A DNA stretch of 64,000 nucleotides from Deltaproteobacteria bacterium (GTDB lineage Bacteria; Myxococcota; Myxococcia; Myxococcales; 40CM-4-68-19). Shown here piece after piece: positions 32,997-43,044 of this stretch. Position 1 is the stretch's first letter, and each line of letters opens with the position of its first letter. Below the pieces are notes generated by a model. It was not told the origin of the DNA. It worked only from the letters and a program-made list of their open reading frames with translations, and ran no database searches. The stretch covers positions 140-64,139 of the forward strand of contig JAYWBT010000182.1 in NCBI GenBank assembly GCA_043781235.1, in the 5' to 3' direction. The translations under genes were made by a program, and so were the position numbers.

Positions 32997-33650
32997 TCAG
33001 GGCTTCGGCGACCCGGGCGGGCGCTGCCGCTCGCCGGCTTCAGTGGTGGCCGCGCTGCCGCTGCCGTCGGCGAGCACCCAGCGGAACTCCATCTTGCCGA
33101 GCGCGCCCGCGACCACGAGCTGGGCGTCGGTCGGCTCGCTGCCGTCGGGGCCGTGGGCGTCGGGGAAGTGGAGAACGTAGGCGACCGAATACTCGTCGAG
33201 GTACGGATAAAGCGCACGCAGCTCGGCGGTGAACGGCCGCTCCAGGCGCTCGACGCGCTCGGGAGCGTGCTCACCGAAGCCGTTGTTGAGGGCGATGCGC
33301 CAGGCCGGGTTGGGCGCGTTCCAGTCGTTCGCGGTCTTGTCGGGGACGTAGACGATGGCGAAGAAGGTCGGGTGCGCGTCGTCTTTGCGCAGCCGCTCGA
33401 GCGTTTCGGCGGCCTGGTCGGGCAGCTCGGCGCGCATCTGCGAGATCTCCCTGGCCTGCGCGGCGATCAACTCGGGGGAGAGGTAGACGAGCCGGGCGAA
33501 GGCGCGGGTCTCGAGGCCGCTGTAGAGGGCGGCCTTGCGGGTCCAGCGCGCGAGGGTGCGGCCGTAAGCGCCTTCGAGGTGCGGGTCGGGGAACGGGAGC
33601 GAGCGGCAGCCGGCGGCCAGCGCCAGGCAGAGACTCAGGCCCTTGACCAT
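32997..33650 (-). CDS. Hypothetical lipoprotein
   Basis: Within ORF 32997..34310, trimmed to ATG 33650 (MVKGLSLCLALAAGC lipobox). Confidence 0.6.
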   Translation of the reverse strand: MVKGLSLCLALAAGCRSLPFPDPHLEGAYGRTLARWTRKAALYSGLETRAFARLVYLSPELIAAQAREISQMRAELPDQAAETLERLRKDDAHPTFFAIVYVPDKTANDWNAPNPAWRIALNNGFGEHAPERVERLERPFTAELRALYPYLDEYSVAYVLHFPDAHGPDGSEPTDAQLVVAGALGKMEFRWVLADGSGSAATTEAGERQRPPGSPKP

Positions 33651-33682
33651 CAAGCTTCTGGGAAAGCTCTTCGTCGTTCGCG

Positions 33683-34228
33683 TCAAAATTCGCTCCGGGT
33701 GAAGAGCGCTCGCAAGGAGATGCCCGCCGCCTCGACCGCCGCGCGCCCGCCCTCCTCGCGGTCCACCAGCGCCACCACCCCCAGCACCGTCAGCCCCTCG
33801 CTGCGACACCGCTCCACCGCCTGCAGCGTCGAGGCTCCGGTCGTCACCACGTCCTCCACCACCGCCACCCGCGCGGCTTGCGGCAGCCCCTTCTTCCCCT
33901 CCAGCCACTGGTTCGTCCCGTGGCCCTTCGGCTCCTTGCGGACATAGAACGCCGGCAGCGGCACTCCCTCGAGGAACGACGTCAGCGACACCGCGCTCGC
34001 CAGGGGATCCGCGCCCATCGTCATGCCGCCGACCGCCTGGGCGTCTGGATATGCCGCCCGGATCTCCGCCAGCAGGAGCCGCCCGGTGAGGTAATGCCCC
34101 TCGGCCGACAGCGTCGCCTGCTTGGTGTCGATGTAGAAGTCGCTCTCGCGCCCGCTCGAGAGCACCACCTTGCGCTTCTCGTACGCGAGCCGCTTGAGCA
34201 GGGCCAGCAGCCGCTCCCGCTCGCTCAC
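33683..34228 (-). CDS. pyrE: Orotate phosphoribosyltransferase
   Basis: 181 aa. SGRESDFYIDTK and the PRPP-binding motif VAVVEDVVTTGAST. Confidence 0.9.
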   Translation of the reverse strand: MSERERLLALLKRLAYEKRKVVLSSGRESDFYIDTKQATLSAEGHYLTGRLLLAEIRAAYPDAQAVGGMTMGADPLASAVSLTSFLEGVPLPAFYVRKEPKGHGTNQWLEGKKGLPQAARVAVVEDVVTTGASTLQAVERCRSEGLTVLGVVALVDREEGGRAAVEAAGISLRALFTRSEF

Positions 34229-35088
34229 GACACCTTCCGCGCGGCGCCCCGCGCCCGCTCGTCGAGCCAGCCGACCACGTCCTTGAAGACCAGCTCGCGT
34301 TCGGGCTCATGGTAAAGTTCGTGCAAGAAGCCGTCGTATTGCTTGAACTGCTTGTCCTTCGCGGTCGCGTGCTCGAAGAACTCGCGGCCCGCGGCTGGGT
34401 CGGCGATGGGGTCCGCCCCGCCGAACGTCAGCAGGAACGGCGTCACGAACTCGGTCGCCCGCCGCAGCACCGTCTCCTGGGCCGCGTTCGATTCGGTGAA
34501 CCAGCCAGGCGTCGCGATCTGCTGGTAGAGCGGATCGGCGCGGGTCGCCTTCTGGATCTCCACGTCGCGCGTCAGTTGCTCGGCCTTGAGCTCGTTCTTC
34601 ATCGGGAGGCTGGGCAGGATGCGCGACATCAGCTTGCCCGCCAGGATCTTCAGCGCCGGCACCTGCAGCTTGAGGCGGAAGTAGGGTGAGCCCAGGATGA
34701 CGCCGCGGACGGCCTCGGGCTTGTCCAGCAGGTAGCGAGCGGCGATCAACGAACCGTGGCTGTGTGCCGCGATGAACAGCGGCGCCGCCGGCGCCTGCTC
34801 GCGGACGCGGTCGAGGAACAGCTCGAGATCGGAGAGGTAATCGTCGAAGCGATCGACGTGGGCGCGCTTGCCGCCGCTCTGGCCGTGGCCGCGGCAGTCC
34901 ATCGCGTGCACCGCGTACCCCGCGTCGCCGAGCGCCTTGGTGATCTCGGCGTGACGGCCCAAATGCTCGGCGTAGCCGTGCAGCACCACCACCTGCGCAG
35001 GGGCGCCTTCGAGCTTGCGCGACTGGTAGTAGAGGCGCAGCCCGTCGCGCGCCGTGAAAAAGCCTTCGTCCGTCTTGAGTTCTGCCAT
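34225..35088 (-). CDS. Alpha/beta hydrolase (lysophospholipase / monoacylglycerol lipase-like)
   Basis: 287 aa. VVLHGYAEHLGRH, nucleophile elbow AHSHGS, and C-terminal GFLHEL. Confidence 0.8.
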   Translation of the reverse strand: MAELKTDEGFFTARDGLRLYYQSRKLEGAPAQVVVLHGYAEHLGRHAEITKALGDAGYAVHAMDCRGHGQSGGKRAHVDRFDDYLSDLELFLDRVREQAPAAPLFIAAHSHGSLIAARYLLDKPEAVRGVILGSPYFRLKLQVPALKILAGKLMSRILPSLPMKNELKAEQLTRDVEIQKATRADPLYQQIATPGWFTESNAAQETVLRRATEFVTPFLLTFGGADPIADPAAGREFFEHATAKDKQFKQYDGFLHELYHEPERELVFKDVVGWLDERARGAARKVS

Positions 35089-35112
35089 GAAGCTTGCCTC
35101 AAGAGCACGGCG

Positions 35113-37101
35113 TCAGCGGACAGTCAAGGAGCGAAGCTTTGCCTCGATCTCCTCTCGCACACGCGCGTCGTCCGGGTCGGGCGCGCGATCGGGCGGGTCC
35201 ACCGCCGATGCCTGCGCGGACTGCTTCCGGCGGCGCGCGCCGTTGGGCGCGAGGCGCTCGAGCGCGCGGCGGAAGGCGCTCGTCGCCTCGGTACGCCTGC
35301 CGTTCGCGAGCAGCGCGTCGCCGAGGTGGCTCAGGATCACCGGATCGCCGGGCGCGAGGTGATCGGCCCGCGACAGTTCCTCGAGCGCGCGCCGCGCCTC
35401 ACCGCGCCGGAGCAGGCAGAAGCCGTACGAGTCCGCCACCGAGCCGTCGTCGGGCCGCAGATCGACGGCGCGCGCAAGCAGCTGCTCGGCCTCGCGCAAC
35501 GCCGACGGCGACGCGTTCTGCTCGGTGAGCGCGTAGCCGACGTAGTTGAGCGCGCCCACGTGCTGCGGCGCGAGCAGCAGCAGCTTGCGCATCGCCGCGA
35601 GCGCTTCGGACTTGCGCCCCACCCGGTCCAGCGCGTTGCCCAGGGCGAAGAGCAGCCCCTCGGATTCTGGATGGACGCGCGCTGCCGCGGAGAGGAGCTG
35701 CGTCGCCTCCGCCGCGCGCCCGGCGCGGTCGAAGGCCTCGAGCAGCCCCTCCGCGACGCCCTCGTCGAGCGGCTGCTCGGCGAAGAGCGTCTTGAGTTGG
35801 CGGCACGCCTCCGCCTTCTCGCCGCCCTTCCCGCGCGCCAGCGCCGCCTGCACGCGCGCGTCGAGCAGCAGCGTCGCCGGCTCCACGCCGAGGAACGCGG
35901 GCGCGATCGGCTCGCCCTTGCGCAGCCACTTCTCGACGCGATCGAGCGCCAGCGCGCCCTCGCGCGCGCGTCCGCGCTGTGCCAGCGCCAGGCCGCGATA
36001 GAAAGCGAGCTCGGGGTGCTCCGGGTAGAGCCGCAGCGCCCCCTCGAGCGCGGTTTGCGCCTCGGCGGCCCGCCTGGCGCCGAGGAGCGGCACCGCCACA
36101 CGCAAGAGCGCGCTCGCGACCTCGCGCCGCTCGTCCTCGCGCTCGGTCTTGCTGGGGTCGGTGGGCTCGAGATCGGCCGCCAGCGCGAGCAGCTTCCTCG
36201 CGTGCGCCGACGCGCTCTCGGCGTCGCCCTCCTCCAGCGACAGCCGCGCCAGCGCCGCGATCACCTCGGCGCCCTCGGGCCGCTGCGCGAGCAGCTTGAG
36301 CTGCAGCGTCCGCGCCTCGTCGTACCTGCGCCGCGATTCCAGGTAGGCCGCCTCGGCCGCGAGCGCGTCGGGATCGGCTGGCTGCGCCTCACGCGCCCGC
36401 GCGAACGCCTGGGACGCGCCCGGATCTTCGTGCCGGACCGCGAACCCGCGCGCGACGTCCACCCACGCGCCCGCGCCCTCCCCGCCCAGCTTCTCCGCGG
36501 TCCAGGTCGCTTCGCCGCCGTCGTCCTCGTGCTCGCTCTCGGCGGCCTTCCGCTGCGCTGTGTGCAGCACCTCCGACAGCGCTGCTGCCGCGGCACTGGC
36601 GGCCGCGAGGTCGCCCTGCGCGACCTCGATCCGCACCAGCTCCCGCGCGGCGTCGGGGTCATCGGGCTGCGCTGCGATGGCCGCGCGCAGCAGGCCGCGC
36701 GCCTGGTCGGGCCGCTGGCGCGCCTCCGCGATACGCGCCAGCAAAAGCAGCGCTGGAGCGTGGCGCGGGTCGGCCGCGAGCGCCGCATGCAGCTGCTCCT
36801 CGGCGTCCGCGACGCGGCCCTCCCGCAGCAGCACCTCGGCCAGCACGCCGTGCAGATGCGGGGACTCGGGATCGTAGAGCAGCGCCTCGCGCAGCTCGTC
36901 CACGGCGGCCTGGTAGTTGTCGTCGCCGCGGGCGAGCAGCGCCTGCAAGTAATGGCTGTAGGCGCGGGCGCTCACGTACGGCTGCGGCTCGTAGCTGTCT
37001 CTGGTGGCCTCGGCGATGGCGTCAGCATCGGGCGCCGTCTTCGCCGCCGGCCGGTGAGCACAGGCGGCGGCGAGGCAGAGCGCGAGCGCGACCTTCTTCA
37101 T
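35113..37101 (-). CDS. TPR-repeat lipoprotein
   Basis: 662 aa. MKKVALALCLAAAC lipobox and many TPR-like helical repeats. Confidence 0.75.
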   Translation of the reverse strand: MKKVALALCLAAACAHRPAAKTAPDADAIAEATRDSYEPQPYVSARAYSHYLQALLARGDDNYQAAVDELREALLYDPESPHLHGVLAEVLLREGRVADAEEQLHAALAADPRHAPALLLLARIAEARQRPDQARGLLRAAIAAQPDDPDAARELVRIEVAQGDLAAASAAAAALSEVLHTAQRKAAESEHEDDGGEATWTAEKLGGEGAGAWVDVARGFAVRHEDPGASQAFARAREAQPADPDALAAEAAYLESRRRYDEARTLQLKLLAQRPEGAEVIAALARLSLEEGDAESASAHARKLLALAADLEPTDPSKTEREDERREVASALLRVAVPLLGARRAAEAQTALEGALRLYPEHPELAFYRGLALAQRGRAREGALALDRVEKWLRKGEPIAPAFLGVEPATLLLDARVQAALARGKGGEKAEACRQLKTLFAEQPLDEGVAEGLLEAFDRAGRAAEATQLLSAAARVHPESEGLLFALGNALDRVGRKSEALAAMRKLLLLAPQHVGALNYVGYALTEQNASPSALREAEQLLARAVDLRPDDGSVADSYGFCLLRRGEARRALEELSRADHLAPGDPVILSHLGDALLANGRRTEATSAFRRALERLAPNGARRRKQSAQASAVDPPDRAPDPDDARVREEIEAKLRSLTVR

Positions 37102-39614
37102 GGACAGTACGATGCCGCCGCGTTGCGGCTGTTGCAGCTATCGCGGCCCGGCCGCGGCCAGGCGGTCGCGCTCGCCGCTACCGGCGCCTGATCGATCTGC
37201 ACCGCCCAGACATAGCCCGCGCCGTCGGGGATGTAGGCGACCCCGCCGCTGCCGCGCGCGTCCACCACCGGCGTTGGCGGCGGGCCGGACGCAGCGTAGG
37301 ACGCCAACGCGCCCGCCGGCGTCCTCATCTGCAGCAGCGTGACGGCGTTCGAGGAGACCGGCGCCGCTGGCGTCACCAGCCGCACGGTCGCGTCGTGCTG
37401 CACCACCAGCGCCTGTCCCGTGCCGACCAGCACCGGCGAGGAGACTGCGAGGGTAGTCGTCGGCGCGACCTGGCTGGTCGTCGCTCCCGCGACGGCCTGC
37501 GAGAACGCGTAGACAACGCCGTTGGAATCAGTGACATAGACGGCGTTGGCGTCGAACACCGGCGTGCCGTTCAGGTTGGCCGAAATGTTGGTCCAGGTCA
37601 TTGCCGACTGCCAGCAGGGCGTGCCCGTACAGCTGGGGTTGAACTGGGCCTTGTGCACCTTCTTGTCACCGCCGGCGAAGATCGGAGTCTCGGTGGGGGA
37701 GGCGCCGAGGATGGCGGGCCCGCCGCGCGCAGGCGGGTTGCCGCCGCTGCCGCTGTACGAGACACCCACCGGATCGAAGGTCCCGTTGAACGCACTCGAG
37801 GTGAATCCCGCCCCGTGGGCGAAGAAGAGCGTGCTCCCCTCGGCGCTCGCGCCGTTGAACATGGTTTGCCCGTCCAGCGTGAGCGGCTCCTGATCGATCG
37901 GCGTGCAATTGCCCTTCTGGAAGACGAAGACGTTGTTTACCGCGCTGGTCGCGTTGGCCACGAGCACCGCCAGCGGCGCGCCGGGCATACCCGCGATTAC
38001 TGGCGGCCAGCTCAGCGTGGCGTTGGCTACGTCGCAGGCCGCGAATGTGGTCGGCGTGCTCGCCGAGTCGAACATGGTCAGCTTGCTCGCGTCGGGGTTG
38101 CCCAACGAGCCGGGAATGACCCCGACCGCATAGATGACGCCGGCCTTGTCCACCGCCACGTCGCTGGAGATGCGCGCGACAGTCGCCCCCTGCACTTGCC
38201 CTCCTTGCGGATCGAGGATGAACAAGTTGGCACCGCTCACGGCGGCCGTGCCGATGACCACCTGCCGCGGAGGGTTGCCCGGCAACAGCGCCGGCGAGCC
38301 CGACGGCGCCGCCCCGCCGAAGAGCGGCGACCGCCAGCGCACGATGGAGATCAGCGCCGCGCCATCCAGGTTGTCGGCGCGGCGGCCGAGGAGATCGATG
38401 GAGTGGCCGTCGAGCGCGAGCTTTTCGCTGCCATTCGGGTCGGGCGCGCCGGGCGACTGCGCGGAGACGTCGAGCAGCAGCGTGTAGTGATGGACCGGAT
38501 TTGAGTTCGCACACGTACTGCTGGGAGTCGGCGCCGCCGCAGTCGCCGCATCGAGCCCGTTGAGACCCGCGCCGCCCGAGGGGGGAAGACCCGCGCCGCA
38601 GTCCTGCGCGTCGAAGGTGACGGTGGCGGTGTCGTCGCGGAGGAGGTGGTCGGCGACGAAGACGCCGGCAACCGTGGCGCCGCGACCACAGATCACGTTG
38701 CCGGTCGGGGAGCAGACAGCCGCCAGGGCGGGCATCGCGCTCGCGTAATTCACCACCACGTTGCTCACCACCGGCGGGTCGTCGTCCACGAACACCGAAG
38801 CCGGCGCCTCGGGCAGCGACGCGGTGTGGTGGAGAGCGTCGCGCGCGGTCAGCGAGAAGCGCAGCGCGCCCTCGCGTCCAACCACCGCCGCAGCGGGAAG
38901 CAGGAAGTGGAAGCTGCCGTCCGCATTCGCCAGGGGCCCGGGATCGGCTGTGCCCGTCGCTACGTCGGCGGGATCGAGGTGCAGCGCGAGGTCGAGCAGC
39001 CCCGCGCCGTGATCGCTGGCGGCGACGGCGATCTCGACCGGAGCCGCGCTCGCGCCTCCCGGAAACCACCTGTGGCCGTCCTCGCCTTTGACACCGGCGG
39101 TGACGAGCACAACCGGACCGAGCGCGGGAGGGGCGTCGTCGATCTTGAGCGACACCGTCTTGCGCCCCACGTTCTGCACCTGATCCAGCGCGACGATCAC
39201 GCCGGTGACCGGCGCCTCGCTGCCAGCCGCCTGCACCGCGCGCGGCACCGTGAACGAGAAGGTCGCGGCGCCGGCCGAGGGACGCGACACCACCGTGCCT
39301 GCATAGCTGCAGGGCACGGCGGTCGGGCACTGGTCGAGCGTCAGGGTCGCGCTCGCGGCCCCGCTGCCCGCGCCGTCGTCCACCTGGGCCTGCACCTCGA
39401 GCGTGCCGGAGGTGCGCGCGACCCAGCCGTTCACCATGTCGCTCGTCACCGGCACGAAGACGTTCACGGTAGGGCGCAAAACGTTGACGCAGAGGCCATC
39501 GAGCGAGCAGGCCGAGCCGGCGCGGCAGTCGGAGTCGCTGCTGCAGCGGCCGCGCACGGTCGGCTGGCAGGCAGCGAGCGCGACCAACAACGATGCGGCT
39601 CTGCGCAGCGACAT
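37098..39614 (-). CDS. Large secreted lipoprotein (Ig-like / beta-propeller-like repeats)
   Basis: 838 aa. MSLRRAASLLVALAAC lipobox. Gly/Ala/Thr-rich and beta-rich. ATGA overlap with the downstream TPR gene. Confidence 0.7.
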   Translation of the reverse strand: MSLRRAASLLVALAACQPTVRGRCSSDSDCRAGSACSLDGLCVNVLRPTVNVFVPVTSDMVNGWVARTSGTLEVQAQVDDGAGSGAASATLTLDQCPTAVPCSYAGTVVSRPSAGAATFSFTVPRAVQAAGSEAPVTGVIVALDQVQNVGRKTVSLKIDDAPPALGPVVLVTAGVKGEDGHRWFPGGASAAPVEIAVAASDHGAGLLDLALHLDPADVATGTADPGPLANADGSFHFLLPAAAVVGREGALRFSLTARDALHHTASLPEAPASVFVDDDPPVVSNVVVNYASAMPALAAVCSPTGNVICGRGATVAGVFVADHLLRDDTATVTFDAQDCGAGLPPSGGAGLNGLDAATAAAPTPSSTCANSNPVHHYTLLLDVSAQSPGAPDPNGSEKLALDGHSIDLLGRRADNLDGAALISIVRWRSPLFGGAAPSGSPALLPGNPPRQVVIGTAAVSGANLFILDPQGGQVQGATVARISSDVAVDKAGVIYAVGVIPGSLGNPDASKLTMFDSASTPTTFAACDVANATLSWPPVIAGMPGAPLAVLVANATSAVNNVFVFQKGNCTPIDQEPLTLDGQTMFNGASAEGSTLFFAHGAGFTSSAFNGTFDPVGVSYSGSGGNPPARGGPAILGASPTETPIFAGGDKKVHKAQFNPSCTGTPCWQSAMTWTNISANLNGTPVFDANAVYVTDSNGVVYAFSQAVAGATTSQVAPTTTLAVSSPVLVGTGQALVVQHDATVRLVTPAAPVSSNAVTLLQMRTPAGALASYAASGPPPTPVVDARGSGGVAYIPDGAGYVWAVQIDQAPVAASATAWPRPGRDSCNSRNAAASYCP

Positions 39615-39616
39615 CC

Positions 39617-40051
39617 TCAGCTACGCGACGCGAGCTGCGGGCTGGCGGGCCCCGTCAGCTTCCACATCACCTGCCCGTTGGCGTCGAAGTCCATATCGAA
39701 GAGGCCCTGGCCCGTCAGCGTCCGCATCCGCGCGGTGGCCTCGTCTTTGGCCAGCCCGCTCGCCTTGCAGACCTGGTCGAGCGCGACCTGGCCACCGTTC
39801 TTGCGCGCGAGCGCGACGGTCATCTCGGAGAAGCCGCGCTCGTCGCTCTCGGCCTCGAGCTTGCCGCGGCGGCCGCCGATGCTGATCAGCACCAGCCCCG
39901 CAGCCGCTGGCACTGCGCCCAGGATCAGCACCGCCATTAGATTGGAGAACATGCTGCCCTGCCCGAGCAGCAGCGGCTTCACGAACATGAGCCCGCCCAG
40001 CCCGCCGAGCACGAGCAGCACCACGCCGCCGAAGAAGAGTATCTTGCCCAC
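39617..40051 (-). CDS. Small membrane protein, hypothetical
   Basis: Within ORF 39617..40255. GTG 40051 (VGKILFFGGVVLLVLGGLGGLMF...) lies just after the lemA stop. There are two hydrophobic segments. The start is uncertain. Confidence 0.5.
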   Translation of the reverse strand: MGKILFFGGVVLLVLGGLGGLMFVKPLLLGQGSMFSNLMAVLILGAVPAAAGLVLISIGGRRGKLEAESDERGFSEMTVALARKNGGQVALDQVCKASGLAKDEATARMRTLTGQGLFDMDFDANGQVMWKLTGPASPQLASRS

Positions 40052-40067
40052 TTGGCGCTCCGCTTGG

Positions 40068-40628
40068 TTATTGGAACGAGACTTTCGGCACGGCCTTCGC
40101 GCCGGCCTCACTTTTGAAATAGTCCTTCTGCGAAGCGAACCCGCCGATGCGCGCCCACCAGGCGCCGGGGATGCCGCGCACGTCCGTGTTGTACTGCTGG
40201 ACGGCCTCGTTGTAACGCTTGCGCTCGACGGCGAGACGGTTCTCGGTGCCGGCAAGCTCGTCCATCAGCCGCTGGAAGTTCGCGTCGGCCTTCAGCTGCG
40301 GATAGCTCTCGGTGATGCTGATCATCCGCGAGATGGCGTCGGTAAATTGATTGGCTGTGTGGATCTTGTCGGCGCGGGCGCTCGCGCCCATCATCGCCGC
40401 GCGGGCGTTGGCGATGTCGTCGAACACGCCCTTCTCGTGCTTGGCGTAGCCCTTCACCACCTCGACCAGGTTGGGGATCAGGTCGGCCCTGCGCTGGAGC
40501 TGGTTCTCCACCTGGCTCCACGCGGCCTCGACCTGCTGCTCTTCATTGACGATGCGATTGTACCCGCAGGGCCCGCAGCCGGTGGCCATGACGAGAAAAG
40601 CGATCGGAACCCAGGTGCGCGTGCGCAT
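40068..40628 (-). CDS. lemA: LemA family protein
   Basis: ORF 40068..40724 trimmed to ATG 40628. AWSQVENQLQRRADLIPNLVEVVKGYAKHEKGVF...YPQLKADANFQRLMDELAGTENRLAVERKRYNEAVQQYN is the LemA signature. Confidence 0.85.
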   Translation of the reverse strand: MRTRTWVPIAFLVMATGCGPCGYNRIVNEEQQVEAAWSQVENQLQRRADLIPNLVEVVKGYAKHEKGVFDDIANARAAMMGASARADKIHTANQFTDAISRMISITESYPQLKADANFQRLMDELAGTENRLAVERKRYNEAVQQYNTDVRGIPGAWWARIGGFASQKDYFKSEAGAKAVPKVSFQ

Positions 40629-40698
40629 TCCATTCCTCCCGTTCGGAGCCGGAAGAACATAACACGCAGATCCGTGACTTCTCCTGAATCTTGCGCAC

Positions 40699-41457
40699 TC
40701 ACCCCTGCAGATAGCCGCGGACAAAGGCCTTCGCCTCCTCCGCCGCGGCGAGCAGCGGTCTCCCCGCCGCGAGCCCCGCCGCGAGCGCGCTCGCGAGCCT
40801 GCATCCCGTGCCGCGCCGGCGCACGGCGAGGCGCGAAGCCGCGAGCCGAAAGACGTGTTCGCCGTCGAAGAGAAGATCGATCGCGTCTCCCTCGAGGTGA
40901 CCGCCCTTGACCAGCGCGGCCTTCGCGCCCCGCTCCACCAGCGCGCGCGCCGCCGCCTCCTGAGCGCGCGTCCCCGCCAGCGCCTCCGCCTCGTCGAGGT
41001 TCGGGGTCACGATCGCGCCGCGCATCAGCTCGAGATAGGCCGCGGCGCCGTCGGGGCCCTTGAAGAGCGGCGCGCCGGAAGACGCCACCAACACCGGATC
41101 GACCACCAGCGGCAGCGCGCGAAAGTCCGGCAGCAGATCGGCGATGGCGCGCGCCACCTGCTCCGCGCCCACCATGCCGATCTTGATTGAGCGGATATCC
41201 TCCTCCTCGAGCAGCGCGCGCGCGCTGTCCCGCACCAGGAGCGGCGCGACGGGCTGGAACTGCAGCGCGTGGCGAGTGGTCTGCACGGTCAGCGCGGTGG
41301 CCACGCAGAGCGGGCGCAGGCCGAAGGCGCGGATCGTCTCCGCGTCGGCGAGCAGCCCCGCGCCGCCGCTGGGGTCGAGGCCCGCCAGCACCAGCACGCA
41401 GCCGCGGTCTCGCCGCTCGCCGCCCTCGTCCCGCGGCGCGCCGCCCGGTGCGCTCAC
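40699..41457 (-). CDS. thiD: Hydroxymethylpyrimidine/phosphomethylpyrimidine kinase
   Basis: 252 aa. VLVLAGLDPSGGAGLLAD, IKIGMV, VVDPVL, VTPNLDEAEAL and KGGH motifs. Confidence 0.85.
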   Translation of the reverse strand: MSAPGGAPRDEGGERRDRGCVLVLAGLDPSGGAGLLADAETIRAFGLRPLCVATALTVQTTRHALQFQPVAPLLVRDSARALLEEEDIRSIKIGMVGAEQVARAIADLLPDFRALPLVVDPVLVASSGAPLFKGPDGAAAYLELMRGAIVTPNLDEAEALAGTRAQEAAARALVERGAKAALVKGGHLEGDAIDLLFDGEHVFRLAASRLAVRRRGTGCRLASALAAGLAAGRPLLAAAEEAKAFVRGYLQG

Positions 41458-42185
41458 GTCCGCGCGGCCCGCACCAGCGCCTGGTAGAGCGCGAGGTGCT
41501 CAGGCGCTTCGAGCAGCTCCGGATGCCACTGCACGCCAAGCGCAAAGCAGTCCGACAGCTCGATCGCCTCGATGATGCCGTCGGGCGAGAGCGCGCTGAT
41601 GCGGGCGCGGCCCGGGTCGCGGACGGCCTGGTGGTGCGTCGAGTTCACCGCCAGCTCGCGCGTGGCGACGATGGCCTCGAGCGCCGTGCCCTCGATGATG
41701 CTGACCGGATGGCAGGGCTCGCGCGGGTCGAGCTTCTGCTCGTGATCGAAGGCCTGCGGAACTTGATCGCGAATGTCCTGCCAGAGCGAGCCGCCGACCT
41801 CGACCGCGAGCAGTTGCATGCCACCGCAGACGCCGAGCACCGGCTTTTTCGCCTCCAGCGCCGCGCGCAGGAGGCGCTGCTCGTACTGCGTGCGCTCCTT
41901 CTTGAGCGGGCCCAGCTTGCGATGCGCCCGCGCGCCGTAGGCTACGGGCGGGATGTCGAACGCACCGCCGGTCACCACCAGCCCGTCGCAGAGCGCCACC
42001 GCTTCGGCTGGCGCGGTCTCGTCTTCGCTGTACGGCAACACGATGGGCAGGCCGCCGGCCGCGAGCACGATGTCGGCGTAGGCCTGCTTCAGCTCGTAGC
42101 GAGGCACCGACGGCCGGCCGGGCCTGGCCGCGGTCTCGCCGACGTCGGGGGTGAGCCCGATCACCGGCCGCCTCACCCTTGCCAT
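41454..42185 (-). CDS. Class I glutamine amidotransferase (peptidase C26 / gamma-glutamyl-GABA hydrolase family)
   Basis: 243 aa. VLGVCGGMQLL (nucleophile Cys) and VNSTHHQAV. Confidence 0.8.
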   Translation of the reverse strand: MARVRRPVIGLTPDVGETAARPGRPSVPRYELKQAYADIVLAAGGLPIVLPYSEDETAPAEAVALCDGLVVTGGAFDIPPVAYGARAHRKLGPLKKERTQYEQRLLRAALEAKKPVLGVCGGMQLLAVEVGGSLWQDIRDQVPQAFDHEQKLDPREPCHPVSIIEGTALEAIVATRELAVNSTHHQAVRDPGRARISALSPDGIIEAIELSDCFALGVQWHPELLEAPEHLALYQALVRAART

Positions 42186-42796
42186 GCGGCCACCGGCGCA
42201 CGGAACGCCTCGGCGAAGCGACGGGCGGCGAGCGTGTCGCGCGAAAGCTCGGCGATGGCCGCGGCGCCGCGCGCGCCGGTCGCGACCACCTCGCGCACCG
42301 TGGCCGAGGTGATGCCGCCGATGGCGACGACCGGCACTTCGCCTGCCCGCCGCACCGCGCGCGCGAGAGCCTCGAGGCCGTGCGGCGGAGGCAGCGCCGT
42401 CTCCTTGGAAGCGGTCGCGAAGATGGGACCGAAGCCGAGGTAGTCGGCGCCCGCCGCGAGCGCGGCGTCGAGCTCTTGGTCCGAGTGGGTGGACACGCCG
42501 ACGAGCTTGCCCGGTCCGACGATGGCGCGCGCGGCCGCCACCGGCAGATCGTCCTGCCCGAGATGCACGCCGTCGGCGTCGGAGAGCCGCGCGATGTCAG
42601 GCCGATCGTTCATGATGAAAACTGCCCTCCCGTTGCAAAGCGCTCGAATCTCGCGCGCGGTATTCAGTATCTCGCCAGCCCCCGCACGCTTGATCCGAAG
42701 CTGTACCACCGCGGCGCCCCCCTCGAGAGCGGCGCCCGCCCGCTCGGTCGAGTCGACGATGGCATAAAGTCCCCGCGGCAGATGAAGGAAGTCCAT
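42173..42796 (-). CDS. thiE: Thiamine-phosphate synthase
   Basis: ORF 42173..42946 trimmed to ATG 42796 (MDFLHLPRGLYAIVD...VQLRIK...GVHLGQDD...GFGPIFAT..K...VVAIGGI). Confidence 0.85.
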   Translation of the reverse strand: MDFLHLPRGLYAIVDSTERAGAALEGGAAVVQLRIKRAGAGEILNTAREIRALCNGRAVFIMNDRPDIARLSDADGVHLGQDDLPVAAARAIVGPGKLVGVSTHSDQELDAALAAGADYLGFGPIFATASKETALPPPHGLEALARAVRRAGEVPVVAIGGITSATVREVVATGARGAAAIAELSRDTLAARRFAEAFRAPVAAWQG

Positions 42797-42847
42797 GCTT
42801 GTGTTATAAGCCGCGCCCGACAATTTTGAGCCTGTCAAGGAGCCGCC

Positions 42848-43042
42848 GTGGCCGAGAAGGAAACGAAAGATCTCCCCGTGAAGTTCTACGACCGCCGCGT
42901 GGTGGAGCGCTACCTCAAGAAGGGCCTGCTCGATGAGAAGGAGCACGCCCGGTACCTCAAGACGCTCCCCGACCTGCAGGAGAGCGCGTCGAAGATCGAC
43001 ACCGAGTTCACTTCCATCGGCGAGCTCGGCCCCGCCCGCTAG
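42848..43042 (+). CDS. Small conserved-looking hypothetical protein (64 aa)
   Basis: GTG 42848 is preceded by an AAGGAG SD. The protein is charged and helical, and the HtrA gene follows 2 nt after its stop. Confidence 0.55.
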   Translation: MAEKETKDLPVKFYDRRVVERYLKKGLLDEKEHARYLKTLPDLQESASKIDTEFTSIGELGPAR

Positions 43043-43044
43043 CC

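Noticed and set aside
42797-42847. Possible TPP riboswitch upstream of thiE.
   Set aside because: Only 51 nt separate thiE from the divergent small ORF. This is too short for a THI element, and I saw no conserved CUGAGA/ACCUGA core.
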